Of a DNA stretch of 64,000 nucleotides, positions 39,006 to 52,031 are shown piece by piece. Numbering within the stretch: the stretch's first letter is position 1; each line of letters starts with the position of its first letter. Position numbers and translations under genes: made by a program. Source of the DNA: Ginglymostoma cirratum (Eukaryota); contig JAHRHZ010000275.1 of NCBI GenBank assembly GCA_024137785.1, forward strand, positions 14,217,459 to 14,281,458. The letters run 5' to 3'. A model generated the notes under the pieces. It did not search any database. It was not told the origin of the DNA and saw only the letters and a list, made by a program, of their open reading frames with translations.

Positions 39006-39159
39006 GTAGAGTATCCAGTGTTAAAATTTTGGTGTTTCTACAACTACTGAATGGCCAGGGTTCCCAAATAAAAACAGGCTGAAATTGCAAACTCTTGCTA
39101 TGCATTATGAAAACTAAATGAATCAAAAAAGGAAATGTTGTGTTCAGAAAGCTGGTTCT

Positions 39160-39505
39160 TAGGAACAGGAGTCGGTTATTCAGTCCCTTGAGCCTGTTTA
39201 GCCAATCAGTGAGATCATAGCTGCTCAATGCCCTATCTCCATACACTTGCCTTGGGTCCTTATCTTTTTAAAACCTTTTTCTTAACAATTTATCTGTCTT
39301 CAAATTAAAATTAGCAACCAATCCAGTGTCCACCTCCATTTGTGGAAGAGTTCCAAATGTCTACCATCTTTTTGTGTAGAAGTACTTCCTAGCATCTATC
39401 AATGAACTGGCCCTAATTCTCAGACTGTTCCCCCTAGTTCTAGAACAACCAACCAGTGGAAATAGTTTATCTTTATCTATCCTGTCTTTTTGTGTTAATA
39501 TCTTT
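39160..39505 (-). mobile_element. CR1 3' remnant
   Basis: Minus ORF DRIDKDKLFPLVG.SRTRGNSLRIR. Confidence 0.7.
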
Positions 39506-40119
39506 AAATTCAGTAGTGCCTGTTTTATATGTTGTTGCTGAAAGTTAAAATTTACCTGCCTAGTCATGACAACTTACTGGTGTACCTTGGGACAATGAGC
39601 AGGAGGAGCTAGGTCCAGAGCATTACTGCTCATGATTCTCCAGCATGTGCTCTAGTCTACTGGGGTTAAAATCTGACTCTTGCTGTCAACTTTTATAACA
39701 TGCACCCTTTTTTTATTAAACAGTAAAGTGCACAGATTTAATGAACAGGATGAGTTATACAACAAATGGCTGAGTAAAGATGGAAGAAGAAACTGAGGAA
39801 GTTTCAAAAGAGGCAGACAGGCTAATTCCCAACAGCAAAAACAATCTGTGTTTACGTCGATCCAAAACATACCCAAAATCCATTGCCTGCCTTTGATCCA
39901 TATCCCTTGATATCCTTCTCCAGAAAAAAGTGTATCATTATCCATCTTAGATTGCAATCGGAATTTGGGAAAAAGTTCTCAGATTTCAATTCCTGTTTGT
40001 CCAAATGTTTGGAATTTTGTGTGATGTTAGATGGATGGGTCACAGTCGATGTCTATAAGTGGTTACTGAGCAACATCTGGTTATCCCTAGCTCTTGGTTT
40101 TTGTCTTATTCTCTAACAG

Positions 40120-40206
40120 GCCAAGTCAACACAGGACAAGAGGCTTTGGATTCTTCATCTGAAGAGGCTTATTCTTGAAAATCATCCAGCAAAGATTCCA
40201 GCTAAG
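40120..40206 (+). CDS. PLEKHG1: PLEKHG1-like exon (end of PH domain)
   Basis: acAG|GCC...AAG|GTGTGA; [29 protein letters not shown]. Confidence 0.95.
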
Positions 40207-41560
40207 GTGTGAAACAGGGTCACTAAGTTGGATTTTCAGATAGTTGAGGGCATTATTACATATTACTCCTTGATGCTCTGTATTGACTCTAAGCTTATAG
40301 GTGTGACCTTCCCACTAGGAACACAATTAACAAAAATGCACCTAGAATATGCCAGATAAAATCTGTGTATTTGTGGTGAAGTTACACTTCAGTTTCCATG
40401 CAAACTCACTAGTATGTGCTTGAGTATAAGAATAAGGATCAGTGTTAGACTTCCTACAAAAGATCTTTGATCAACAGTCAGTTGAAGTCAGTGTGTCCTC
40501 TGCTAGAATTGACAGGACATAAAACTAACTTATACTGAATCTAAAGAAATGGCAACAGGAAAAACAGCACTCGGCTTGGCATCAATTGACTGCTGGTCAC
40601 TGAGGATGCAGATCATTCATGCTGAATTAATGGTTCCCTGGGTTCCTGACAATCTGGGTTTGATGCAGTGAAGCTCCTTGAATGAGCTTAATTGATGGAA
40701 ATGCTCCATTTTGGCCGCAAGATAATGGGTAGGAATTGATTCAGAAAATGAGCCAGTGTAAAAGGTTGTAGAAACTCTAGTTTAATCTAGTTATTATCGT
40801 AACTCATTATTTAAAATTCAGAGAATTATGGTGCAGAATAAAGCCATTCAGCCCATAATTCCACAATCCTTGGAGCAACTATTTTGGATTGCTGGGTTTA
40901 TGTCATGCAGCAACATGACACTGGCAAGCAGAGTCAAACTCCCTCAAATCTAGTACCCACTGAGCACTTGAAATGGACGAAGACTCTAGATTCAGGCCAC
41001 ATGTACCATACTCATAACAGCTTAAGTGTAAAGCAAAACCCCATCACTCCACTGCTGTAAGGTACAGTGTAAACACAATCTGAATGGCATGTGGAAATGA
41101 AACTTGTTGCTCCAATTTTGTGGGGAGAAAAATGGATGTTAACTGTGCAGTTAAAAGCATGTTATTTGTGTTGTTCCATGTACAACTGCATTTGTCACAT
41201 CCATCTAGTTTATAACCTCTGATTATGGTTTAGTTAGTAATGATCTTTTGGCAACAGATTTTTTTTTTAAAAAACTTAATGTCTTGATAGTGGTAAACAT
41301 AATCATTGTTAATCCTCCTTACGTTTTGTTTTAAAGTTTACCTTTAAAAAACAGTCTACAGTAAAGCTTTGTTGCCATTCAAGTCTGGTCTTGTTTGAGT
41401 TCAATTTCCCACTTGAAACACTTGCACGCCTTATTTGTTTCTGAAGGGAGGGGTCATTCTAAATATAATTACATCACTGCTGCCAGCTGTCCTTTTTTGA
41501 AGTCAACATGTTACAACTGAGTTTGAAAAGAGGTTGAAGAATAATTATTTTTACCTACAG

Positions 41561-41594
41561 GCAAAACAAGCAATTCTGGAGATGGATGCCGTAC
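41561..41594 (+). CDS. PLEKHG1: PLEKHG1-like 34-nt exon
   Basis: tacAG|GCA...GTA C|GTAAGT; AKQAILEMDAV; phase 0 to 1. Confidence 0.93.
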
Positions 41595-42267
41595 GTAAGT
41601 AAAACATAAATGGTTCTGCATGAGCTTGCTGACAACTTGTTAGATTCAATATTTTATGTGGCGTATCATAACTGTATAACGATGTCTAGGATGTATCTAC
41701 TGATCATTTATGGGTTCTGTGTGCCCATTTGCCCTGTGTTAGAACCTTGCCTGGCCTGCCAGCTTGTTACAAGCCCCTGGTCCATTACAAATCCTGGACC
41801 AAGTTAGGAGAGACTCTTGGGTGACTTGTTTTTCATGACTCGTCCAGGCAGTGATAATGTGCTGACCTACTGAAGTAGCTAGACATTGTTGTTATCAAAT
41901 ATATAGAGACCCCTCTTTGTATAAGTTCAGTATCCTCTCTCTGCCCACTTTTCTGCATACGCTGAACAATCCATCCCCATTTAGTGTATTTTCCCTTTTC
42001 TAAGGGACCCAAAGATTTTTCCACTGAGTTATTTAAATGCCTTTGCATTGGTGGTGAAGAAGGATAAGCACAAATTTTAAGAAGGTCCTTCAGAATTTAT
42101 AATTAGGAAAATAAAGATTCATCTAGAGAAAGGGATATTAAAAGGGTGACTTGAAATGCAATCGGATTTTTTAGCAAGGCTTCAAAAGAGGTGAGGAAAA
42201 GGAGGAAGAAGAATTTTGGTTGTTTACTCTGTGCTGCCAATTGCCCCATAATGATAAAGTATGGAAA

Positions 42268-42800
42268 GAGGTCATGGTCATCCAGCACAGAAGCAGACCT
42301 TCAGTCCAACTCGTCTGTGTTGATGAGGTTTCCCAAACTGAACTAGTCCCATTTGCCTGCATTTGGCCCACATCCCTCTAAACCTTTCCTACTTATGTCC
42401 CTGTCCGAATGTCTTCTAAATGTCATAATCGTACCCGCCTCTACCACTTCCTCTGGCAGTTTGTTCCAAATATGCACTGCTCTCAATGTGGAAAACATTG
42501 CCCCTTCAATCTCTCTTAATTCTTTCCTTTCATTTTAAACCTATGCCCTCTAGTATTGGATTCCCGTACTCTGGGGTAAGGATCTTGGCTTTTCACCTTA
42601 TACCCCTCATTTTATAAACCTGTATAAGGTCAGCCTTCAGCCTTATACGCTTCCAGCCTCTCCTTGTAACTCAAACCTTTGGTCTTTGTGTTTGACAACA
42701 CTCCCCAGGGCCCTACCATTTAACTGTGTAAGTCCTGCCCTGGTTTGTCTTACCAAGATGCAATACCTTGTATTTATCTAAATTAAATCCCATCTGTTCA
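42268..42800 (-). mobile_element. CR1 (HER1-like) 3' fragment with internal deletion
   Basis: Same tail as 25567 and 30313 (cagcacagaagcagaccttcagtccaac...accacttcctctggcag). Confidence 0.75.
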
Positions 42801-43599
42801 TGAACAGATTTGGGTTTGAGAATTAGAACTTGAAACTAGACATCTGGGTCAACATAGGTCACCAGGAGTGGTGAGTGTGGCAGTTGGTGTAGAATAGGAA
42901 CAGGGGCACCTAAGGATGTAAAACATACATTTATACTCTTGAAGTTAAGTTGATAAAGCCGTTAAGTTAGGGATGTTTTGGGTTTTACAAACAGTAGTGA
43001 AAATTTCAGTGTCGGTTTTGACTGCAGTTAAGAGGGTGTATCATTGTGGAAAAGACAGTAGAACCATAAAGAACCAATCCACCAAATAATACCTTGTTTG
43101 AGGGAAGGCCTGAGATACTGAACTATTTCCTCTCAAGTAGAAAAGGTTAAGAAAGATTTGATGGAGAAAATTAACTAGTTTTGAAAGAATAAATGGGAGG
43201 CAGTTTATTTCCTCTGGATTCTGTAGCAAAGGGGCATTAATTTTAAAATCCTCAATGAGGCAAGTGGTTTGAAGAGACTTCTTTACAATTTTGAGACTCC
43301 AAATGCTTCGTTACTGAGTGCGAGGTGGAAACCTCTGCATTTTTGGAAGGTATCATGTATAATACATTACAGCAGCTAGCAGGATTGTATGTGGCCTCAC
43401 TCTTGGCCATTTCTGCATCCAAGTGTCCAGCCTGTCAATATTCTGCTGTATCCTCTGGCAATCCTCCTCACAGTTCATAGCTTCCCCCAATCATTGTGTC
43501 ATCCGCAAGGTTACTAATCAGTCCGCCAACATACACCTCCATATCACTAAATATATTATTACAAACAACCGGGTCCCAGCACTTATCCCTGTGCAAGAC

Positions 43600-44640
43600 C
43601 ACTGCTCATAATGCTGTCAAAGGAGCCTTGGTGATTTTGCTGCAGTGATTCTGGTAACCTGTGTGCTGCCACTGTGTCAACAGTAGAGGGCTGAAGGTTG
43701 GTTAGTGGCGGATGGGATCCAATCAAAGGTGCTTTGTCCTGGATTGTGCAAATCTGCTTGTGTTTTTGGAGTTGCACTCATTCAGGCAAATGGAAAATAT
43801 CCCATTGTATACCTGACTTGTGCCCTTGTAGATGTGCGACAGGCTTTGGGGAATTGGGGAGGTAAGTTATTCAGTGTAAAATTTCAGCCTCTGGTCTGCT
43901 GTTGTAGCACAATATTTACACGGCTGGTCCAGTTCAATTTTTCTGTTCAACAGGAACACTTCGTGAATCCCTTGCTATCAATACTATGGGAATGACATGG
44001 AATGTTAAGGGAAAATGGTTAGATTCTCCCTTGAAGATAGCCTTGCTCAGCACTTACGTGGTGCATGCTACTTGCCACTTATAAGCCCAATGCTGAATTT
44101 GTCCAGATCATACTGCATTTGGATGCTGACTGCTTCAGTATCTGAGGAGCTGGAAATGGTACTGAATATGCGCAGTCATCAAGAAATATTCCCACTTTTG
44201 ACTGAATGGTGGTGAGAATGAAGCAGCTGTAAGTGGTTGAGCCTCACACTCCCTTGAGAAACTAAGGGTTCTTGTGGTGCAGTGATAATCTCCTCACCTC
44301 GGAGCTCAAGTCCATCTTGCTCCAGGGGTTTTGTATCAACATCTCTAAACAGTTGAGAAAATACCTCCCTGCGACACTCCTACAGTAATGCCCTCCAGAA
44401 ACTGACATGTTCCTTGTGCTAGGTATGACTGCAACTAGCGCAGATTCTTCCCTGGTTCCCATTTAACTCTGGTTTTGCTTGGGATCCTTGATGCCACACT
44501 CAGTTGAATGCTGCCTTGATATCAAGGGCAGTGACTCTACCCTTACCTCTGGAATTCACTCATCTGTTTAGAGTAGGCTGTAATGGGGTTGGGAATTGAG
44601 CAGTGCTGGCAGAAACTAAACCAAGCTTAAGTGTATAGGT
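43600..44640 (-). mobile_element. Degraded LINE (L2/CR1 group) RT region
   Basis: Homologous to 14090-14390; gatgccacactcagttgaatgctgccttgatatcaag is a reverse LDIKAAF..VWH motif. Confidence 0.6.
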
Positions 44641-44651
44641 TATAACTCACT

Positions 44652-44920
44652 CAGAGATAGCAAGAACTGCAGATGCTGGAGTCAGAGGTAACACCGTATG
44701 GAGCTGGAGGAACATAGCAGGCCAGGCAGCATCAGAGGAACAGGAAAGATGACGTTTCGGGTCAGGACCCTTCAGAAATGGGGAGAGGGAAGGCAGCTCA
44801 GAAATAAATAGAGGGGTGGGACTGGGTAAGGTAGATGTGATGGTGATAGGTGAGTGCAGGTAGGGTGTGGTGGGGATTGGTCAGTGAGGTGGATAGGTGG
44901 GAGAGAAGACGGACAGTGTG
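44652..44920 (-). mobile_element. Family A-related PLE pseudo-LTR
   Basis: Reverse complement of the 22560-22760 type sequence; hammerhead core partly deleted. Confidence 0.8.
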
Positions 44921-45638
44921 TAGGTTGTTGAGCAAGTGCAGTTTGCTGGCAGTGTTGAAATTTTTCACTATTATGCTGATAATAGAAAATAGATTCGAGC
45001 AGTAATTAAACCCTTGTGGGATTTTCCCTTTTTTTGTGGACAGAATGTATCCGGACAATTTTCAGCTACTTCTGGTGGTGTAACTGTGCTAGAACAGCCT
45101 GTTTAGAGGTGTGACTAATTCTGGAACCCAAGGCTTCAGTGCAAATTTCTGGAATAGGGCCCAGTTTCTTCAGATTTTTCTTGATTTCAAATAGTGTAGG
45201 TTAAATCAATTTGATCAAAGTATATCAGAATTTGAATGATCTTGGCAAGGTGGATGTGGAAAGGATGTTTCCTTGTGGGATGAGTTGAGAACTAGGGAGA
45301 CACTATTTAAAAATTAAGGGTCACTTTTTTCAAATTCAGGTAGTCAATGAGATGAAATATTTTGAGAATTGAATGACTTTGGAACTCCGTGTCACAAAGC
45401 AGTGGAGGCAAGACCATTGAGTATTTTTAAGACGGCTGTAAATTCCCTTGGCGAAAGAATCTGAATACTGACAACAGATGAGAATGTAGAATTTGGAAAC
45501 AAACTGATTAACTCTGTTATCGATTAGGGAATAGGCTCAAGAGGCTTGAATGGCCGCCTTCTCCTAATTTATATATTTGGGAAACTGGAAAGTAGAATGC
45601 CCAGAAAAGACTTACTGATTGCAATATTTTCTCTGCAG

Positions 45639-45737
45639 ATCATCCTGGCTTCCACTACAGCCCAGAGGGTGAGAGAGAGGCAGATGCACGTGTGAAGGAA
45701 GACAGAATCGCAACTCGTAGAGTCCGAAGGAAGTCTG
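45639..45737 (+). CDS. PLEKHG1: PLEKHG1-like exon
   Basis: gcAG|AT...TCT G|GTACAG; (H)HPGFHYSPEGEREADARVKEDRIATRRVRRKS; phase 1 to 1. Confidence 0.92.
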
Positions 45738-45905
45738 GTACAGTGACCTTATCGCTTATAGCAGGATACAGCACAAACATGTAAAGGAATGATTCAGATT
45801 AGATATTCTCCAGATTGTTGTGTGGTGAATTTATGCCACTTTCTTGCTGTTAGCTGGCAGTGATGTGCTTTCTAGTGACTTGGCTTTACAATTAAATGGA
45901 CAATT

Positions 45906-46531
45906 TTTTAAGATTTGTAGCGTGGGTTGTGAATGAGGTTGCAGACGTGCTCGCCAAGCTGGTGGGTTTGATTGCAGATGTTTTGTCTCCCTGCTGGGTA
46001 ACATCAGTGCACCTCCAGTGAATCGTTGGTGTTCTGTCCTGCTTGTTATTTATTTTCCTCTGTTTGCTGGGATGGTTGGCATCACTTCTGGTTTTGTTTT
46101 TCGGTGGTTTGTATTTCGGGTCCAGTTTGATATGTTTGTTGATGGCGTTCCGTTTGGAATACTAGGCCTCCAGGAATTCTCTGGCATGCCTCTGTTTGGC
46201 TCATGCTATTATGGCTGTGTTGTCCCAATTGAATTCATGTCCTCTGTCTGTGTGTACTAAGACCAGTGAGAACTGGTCATGTCTCTTAGTGGCTAGTTGG
46301 TGTTCGTGTATCCTTTGTCAGTTTTCTTCCGGTTTGGCCTATTTAATATTTCTCAGTGAGAAACCACTGAAAAGTGGAAGTGATGCCAACCACACCAGCA
46401 AACCAAGGCATATAAATAACAAGCAGGACAGAACCCCAACGCTTCACCAGAGGCGCACTGACGATGTTACCCAGCAGGGTGATGAAACGTCTGCAATCAA
46501 ACACTGGCTCGACGAGAAAGTCTACAACCTC
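45906..46531. mobile_element. Poseidon-type PLE remnant: inverted 3' end plus direct pseudo-LTR, with TSD
   Basis: 45908-46355 is reverse GIY-YIG end and pseudo-LTR, 46358-46531 is the direct pseudo-LTR; caattaaatgga(c/t)aatt at 45889-45905 and 46532-46548. Confidence 0.85.
46455..46494 (+). ncRNA. Minimal hammerhead ribozyme motif in Poseidon pseudo-LTR
   Basis: gca-CTGACGA-T-GTTACCC-agca-GGGTGAT-GAAAC-GTC-tgc. Confidence 0.65.
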
Positions 46532-47079
46532 CAATTAAATGGATAATTCAGAGGGTTGTTGGAATTGATCATGCAGTATAGAATTTCAGACAGTTGGGAG
46601 AAGGCAGCTCATCTTGTATGGCGTACAGTATATATTGAGGTTTTAAAGCAATCTGACCATTTATCAAGTCAGTCTACAAATAACACACAATTTGAGTTCA
46701 ATATTGGCCATGGTGGGATTGAAGTTTTATGGGGCTAAATTTTGCCCACGAAGCTTGGGAATTGGGAACTGGAAACAAACACACTTTGTATTTCCACCTC
46801 TGTCTTTTGGCTGTGAAGTATCTCTTCCTTAGAGTTAGACGGATTTGCTGTTTAATAGTTGAGAGTTAGGTGGGTTGAGTTGGGTGTTGAGAGGAGGACA
46901 TGGACAGGAATAGATGCTATGGGGCACTAGGGAATTGAGCAGTGTTCTGAAGCCAGCTGCGCAGCTGTGGCCTCTGGGCATGGTACTCGGGTGAATATTT
47001 TCATCTTCAAAGTGGACAGGGTAAATGGAGAGCTGGAATAGAGGCAGAGATGAATTCTTATTAAAATGTTGCTGCTTAG

Positions 47080-47660
47080 TTGTTTTTGGTCCAAACTTAC
47101 ACTGCCCTGGTTAGACCCCATTTGGAGTATTTTGAGCAGATCTGGGCACCACACCTTCAGAAGGATATTGGTCTCAGAGAGAGCCCAATGTGGGTTTACA
47201 AGAATATTACCTGGACTCCAGGGGTTAGGTAATGAGGAAAGATTATGCACATTTAGGCCTGTTTTTGTCTAAATTTTAGTAGGTCGAGGGGTGATCTGAT
47301 CTAAGTGTTCAAGATATTGAATGGAAACGACAAGGTGGGTAAAGAAACTATTTCCACTGGTTAGGGATTCTAGGACTGGGGGCATAGCCTGAGAATTGGG
47401 GTCAGACCTTTCAGAAAAAATGTTAGGAAGCACTTCCACACACAAGGGGTAGATGATGTTTGAAACTCTCTTCCATAAATGGCAATGGATGTCAGATCAA
47501 TTGTTAATTTTAAATCTGAGGTCAATTTTTGTTAAGTAAAGGCATTAGAGGACATGAGCTAAAGGAAAATCTATGGAGTTAGGCCACAGATTAGACATGA
47601 TTTCATTGGATGTGGAACAGGCAACAAGAGGCTGAGCAGCCTACTGCTTTTCCTATGTTC
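47080..47660 (+). mobile_element. Old CR1 3' remnant
   Basis: AQCGFTRILPGLQGLGNEERL; related to 28670-29190. Confidence 0.7.
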
Positions 47661-49897
47661 TCCATAACTAAATTGTCTCAGTTTTATCACCCCCATACCT
47701 GCCAATTTACAGTTGGTCAGCTCATAACAGTCCTGAAAAATCAGTAGGCTAGAATACGAGCTCTTGAATATCCCTGTGCCCTTAACATGTTCAATTAAGC
47801 ACTTTTTAGTCTGGCAATCTCACTCTTCCTCGCCTCACCTCCCTGCTCGTTATGCCATCCCCACCCACGCCACCGTGCAAAAAAAAAACACCTCCTTGGG
47901 AAAGACCGTTGTATTGGGAATTGGAGGTATCGGACCAGCTATCGCCATGCCTGTTATCGTTTTGCTTCCATTGATTTTCATTTGGAACAGGAAAATCTGC
48001 CCCATGTCCTCTGGATTTGCTAGCCAGTACCAGAAGACTATTAGTCTGTAATATGACTTGCAAGAGCAGAGAACTAGTAATTGCCCTTCAGAAATGAAAG
48101 GTGTTACCACAGCTATCCTTGCATACTTCTGTGGCTGGTTAACAACAAGGGTTAAAGTCTAAGAATCCTCCCAGTTTATTCTTCAGCCTCATTGGGGACT
48201 GGAAGAAATTATTTGGTTTACTAATATTTTAGAGCACTGTTGTTGGGGTGGGGTTCACATCATTTCAGTAGAGATTTGGGAAGAATCTATACCTTAAATT
48301 CACTTAGCATACTGACCAATTTTCCACTTCCTGTGATAAATACCTTTTGAGTCAGCATGGCAATTCTGTAAGTGTAGTGAAGTCAGGGCTGAAGGAGTAT
48401 GCAAGCAGTGTTGAACTATCTAGATCAATTGGCTCATTCTTTGATGAGAAACAGAAGTCAGATGCACATTTTGATTTGCATAAACTGATTGTCTCGTGAA
48501 ATTTACATAATTTTATTTAATGGCTTTTAGATAAATTGTTTAGATTGAAATGGTAAGCACATAACCAAAGTAAGAGTGTATTAACTTTGGGTTCCACTTG
48601 TCATTTGTAAACACACCAAACTTCTCATTTAAAATTTGAACATTCAAATGAACAGGCCAGTTAAATGCCAAACATTACGATTCCCCCCGCTACGTCTGCT
48701 AAGACCGTTTTGAACTGTCTAGAAATAAGAGGCAAAATGCTAAACAATGGCTAGTGTTCATTACCAGGTTAGGCCCACTTAAAAAAAGAAATGAAGAAAG
48801 GATTGAAAAACTTGTATCAGATCCATTCAAGACCTCCAACACATCTCAGTCATAGTTGTAACACTTCACAGGAGACTGGTGAAAATCTACAACTGGTTTC
48901 CCTACAAGAGCTGGGGAGGGTCAATTAACATTTTACTAATGTCAGAATGTTTTGGTCATGGGACACTGGTGTGTCAAGGGACCTGGAATGAAGGTAAATT
49001 TTAAGTTGAAGCACAGATTGGCCTCTGTTTAATGGAATGGGAGGTAAAGCTTGAGGAACTGATCTACTCTGCACCATAACATGTAGAAAGGCAGCAGCTA
49101 ATTTGCATAATTGGCTAAAATTACTAGATAATCATTTATGATGTCGTATGAAGCATAAATATTGAATAGCACAGGCTCTTTTATAACCACCCGAGAGGGC
49201 AAGGTTCAATCCCCACTTCAGTTCTCTGCTTTTTTTTTTAAATAAAGAAAAGTTTCTACAGCAGGGAAGCTGCTGAACACTGCACTAGATTGTGAAGTCT
49301 CTGGAGGGAGCCGGAAACCACAATCTCTAGCTCAAATTTGCTTGTGCTACCACTGAGTTGAATGGGCTTCAGAGCTTAGAAGTATATGGAGTCTCAAGTT
49401 TGTGGCCCTTCACGATCCAGGCATTTAACAGCATCACACGCAATGTCTGCCTGGTCCAAAGCTGTCCAAAGCAGTTGTCAAACTGTGGTGAGGTAGGGTT
49501 GTTCTGTTTCAGTCACCTAAGACAAGGCACGTAGCAGATGTATGCAAAGACCTTAACCTACAAGTTGTATACCTTCATTGACTTGAACATTATAACCCAT
49601 TACTAGATCAAAATCGTGCTCTCTACTTAGCTTTGCAGTTGTACTCTCACCATTATAGTTTAAGGCTTACCACTGTGACCTTGAACAGAATTTGGGATAG
49701 ACAATGTCAGCTTTGTCAAAGATGTTGACTATCCCCAGAATGATTTTTAAGTTTTTCTGTTTAATGGAAATGTATAACCATTGCAAGCACACCTGGGTCA
49801 GAAAGAACTTTGTGCCTGACAGCAGATACGTACTTGCACTGCCATTCAACCTTGTATAAAAGGGTTGTCCTTCATTCTATATTTCTATATTTTGCAG

Positions 49898-49933
49898 AAC
49901 CATCAGCAAGATTGAAGTCTGCTAAACAAATGG
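49898..49933 (+). CDS. PLEKHG1: PLEKHG1-like 36-nt exon
   Basis: gcAG|AA...ATG G|GTCAGT; (E)PSARLKSAKQM continues the conserved RRKSEPS motif; phase 1 to 1. Confidence 0.85.
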
Positions 49934-50146
49934 GTCAGTGACAAAATCTTTTCATTCAAGTTCTGAACAGAACATAACCCATAGTTTATTTGGTTTTTTT
50001 TGTTTGTTTCTTGCTGTTGTGTAATCTGTAACTCTTTCAGCTGTGCATGCTTAGAGCTAAAGATGCAGTTAACATGTTTCATGCCAGTTTTTCAACAATT
50101 TTGTTTTCTTTTTGTTTCTTTGCCTTCTCCCTCATCCCCTTTTTAG

Positions 50147-50163
50147 AAAGAAGACAAGACAAG
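50147..50163 (+). CDS. PLEKHG1: 17-nt microexon of the PLEKHG1-like gene
   Basis: ~45-nt pyrimidine tract, ttAG|AA AGA AGA CAA GAC AAG|GTAAGC; (E)RRQDK; converts phase 1 to 0 as the next exon requires. Confidence 0.75.
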
Positions 50164-50739
50164 GTAAGCATATCCTTGGAGTTTAGTGTTGTTTCTGCAG
50201 TGAGATGGGAGTATCTGAGTGTGAGCATGCGCGGTCATGTGTTTTCACATGGTGAAGGAAATTTGATTTAAGCTGCTTGGTAAAATTGCCAGAAAGCTCT
50301 CTCTTTCAGAAAAATCAAGTGGAGATTAAAAAGTAAGACTTCCATTACTGTAGCCAAGTTTATGTCTAGCTAACCCAAAGCCCGTTTAAGCCACTTAGAG
50401 TCAGCATTTTCAGAAATAGTGACGAGGATCTGAAGACGGATGGCTTCTCAGTTTAGAATCCCTTCTTGACTTGAATTATTTGCTTAAGTCTTTTGGAAGG
50501 GCACTGCAATTTTATTGGCATTTCAAAATGTTTCACAGTCAGAGGTTGTGAAAGATGAGTTCTTCCTCTTTAGATGGCAAAGCTTAATAATCATGTATAT
50601 AAGAATCTTCTTGACAGTGTGCGTTATATGTAGTGTAGAATGTTTCATCAGTAATCCTACCATGATCAGAGGACAGAGCCAAAATTTTGGGGGATTTTTG
50701 TGAATTCTTTATCACTGAGTTCTTAAATGTTAAGTTAAG

Positions 50740-51560
50740 TAAATTAAAGATGGATATAGATAGATGTTAATCAGGAAGGGAATCCAGGGTTACAAGTATA
50801 AGGCAGGAAAATTGGAGTTGAGGATTATCAGATTAGTCATGATCTCACTGAATGGTGGACTAGACGTGATAGACTGAATGGCTTACTTCTCCTATGTCAT
50901 ATAGACTAAACATGTTAAGTGAGTGGGCAGCAAGGGGGAACTGATGGACTATAATGTGGTCAAGTGTAACTGATCGCAAGAATAGGAAAATAAAATCGAT
51001 ATACAAAATTTTGTGCTTTTTAAATTTGAGAGATTTTGATGTACTTGATCACAACGTTGACATGCAAGGACAGCAAGTAATTAATAAGGCAACTGTCAGG
51101 TTGGTATATATTGTAAGGGAATTCAAGTAGAACAGTAATGGAGTCTTGCTACAACAGTGTGGGGCTTAGGTGAAACCACATCTTTTGTTCGGTTTTGGTT
51201 CCTGATTCTTGTAAGAATAAGAGGTAATCTCATTGCCTTCAAAATTATGAATGCTGAGATCTTGTTTTCCTCCTAACAAGGTAATCCATAACAAGGGGGC
51301 ATATGTTCAGTATAATAGACAAATCATTCATGACCAAAATGAGGAATGAGAGTTTTCTGAATCTATGGAAATCATTACCCTGCAGGGTTATGGTTTCTCC
51401 ATCAATGACTATATTCAAGGTCAGGCAGTACTTTTGTGGTTTTGTAGAACGGAGACCCGTAAGCAAGTGGGAAAGTGGAGTTGAAGATCAACCAAGCCCA
51501 TTAAATGGGCAATTCAAGCTTAAGGAGCCATAATGTTTGTTGCTCCCATTTCTTGTGTTT
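50740..51560 (+). mobile_element. Old CR1 3' remnants (tandem fragments)
   Basis: CR1 tail at 50810-50900 and SFLNLWKSLP..SMTIFK remnant. Confidence 0.55.
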
Positions 51561-51800
51561 TCCTTTCGCTGTTAAGTATGATAACCTTGGATTCCCCTTT
51601 GTAAATATAAATTAAACATTTTTGTTATTCAGTTTTCTGCAATCTCACTTACACATTTTATGGAATAATTTCTTGTTTAGAATAATGGAGATAGAATCCA
51701 CTTTCTGTCTTTGTGTGCGTGTGTGTGTGTGTATACTTACAAAGTACTTTACAGTGAAAATTTGTGAACACTCAGTGATGAATATTTCCTCTCCTCACAG

Positions 51801-52031
51801 CGTGCCAGTATTGAAGGGTCCCTCCTTTCTCCATCAATGGAAGTATTATCTAGTAAAGGGTCTTCCAGTTCCAAATGTGAAATCAGTGCACTTGGTCATG
51901 GTGACACAGTCAACCAATCACAGGAGTCCTTGGTGCCAGCTTATCCAAGTGACCATGAGGATAGTGTCCCACTACGCACCTTGGAGCAGACTGATGCTGC
52001 TGATGATGATGAAGAAGTTGACATTGATCAG
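51801..52031 (+). CDS. PLEKHG1: PLEKHG1-like exon (Ser/acidic linker); donor position tentative
   Basis: cacAG|CGT GCC AGT ATT GAA GGG (RASIEGSLLSPSMEV...DDDEEVDIDQ); CAG|GTTGAT gives phase 0, matching the exon at 61582. Confidence 0.65.

Noticed and set aside
46730-48003. Possible MITE termini (ggggctaaattttgc / ggaaaatctgcccc)
   Set aside because: Inverted match too weak and no TSD identified
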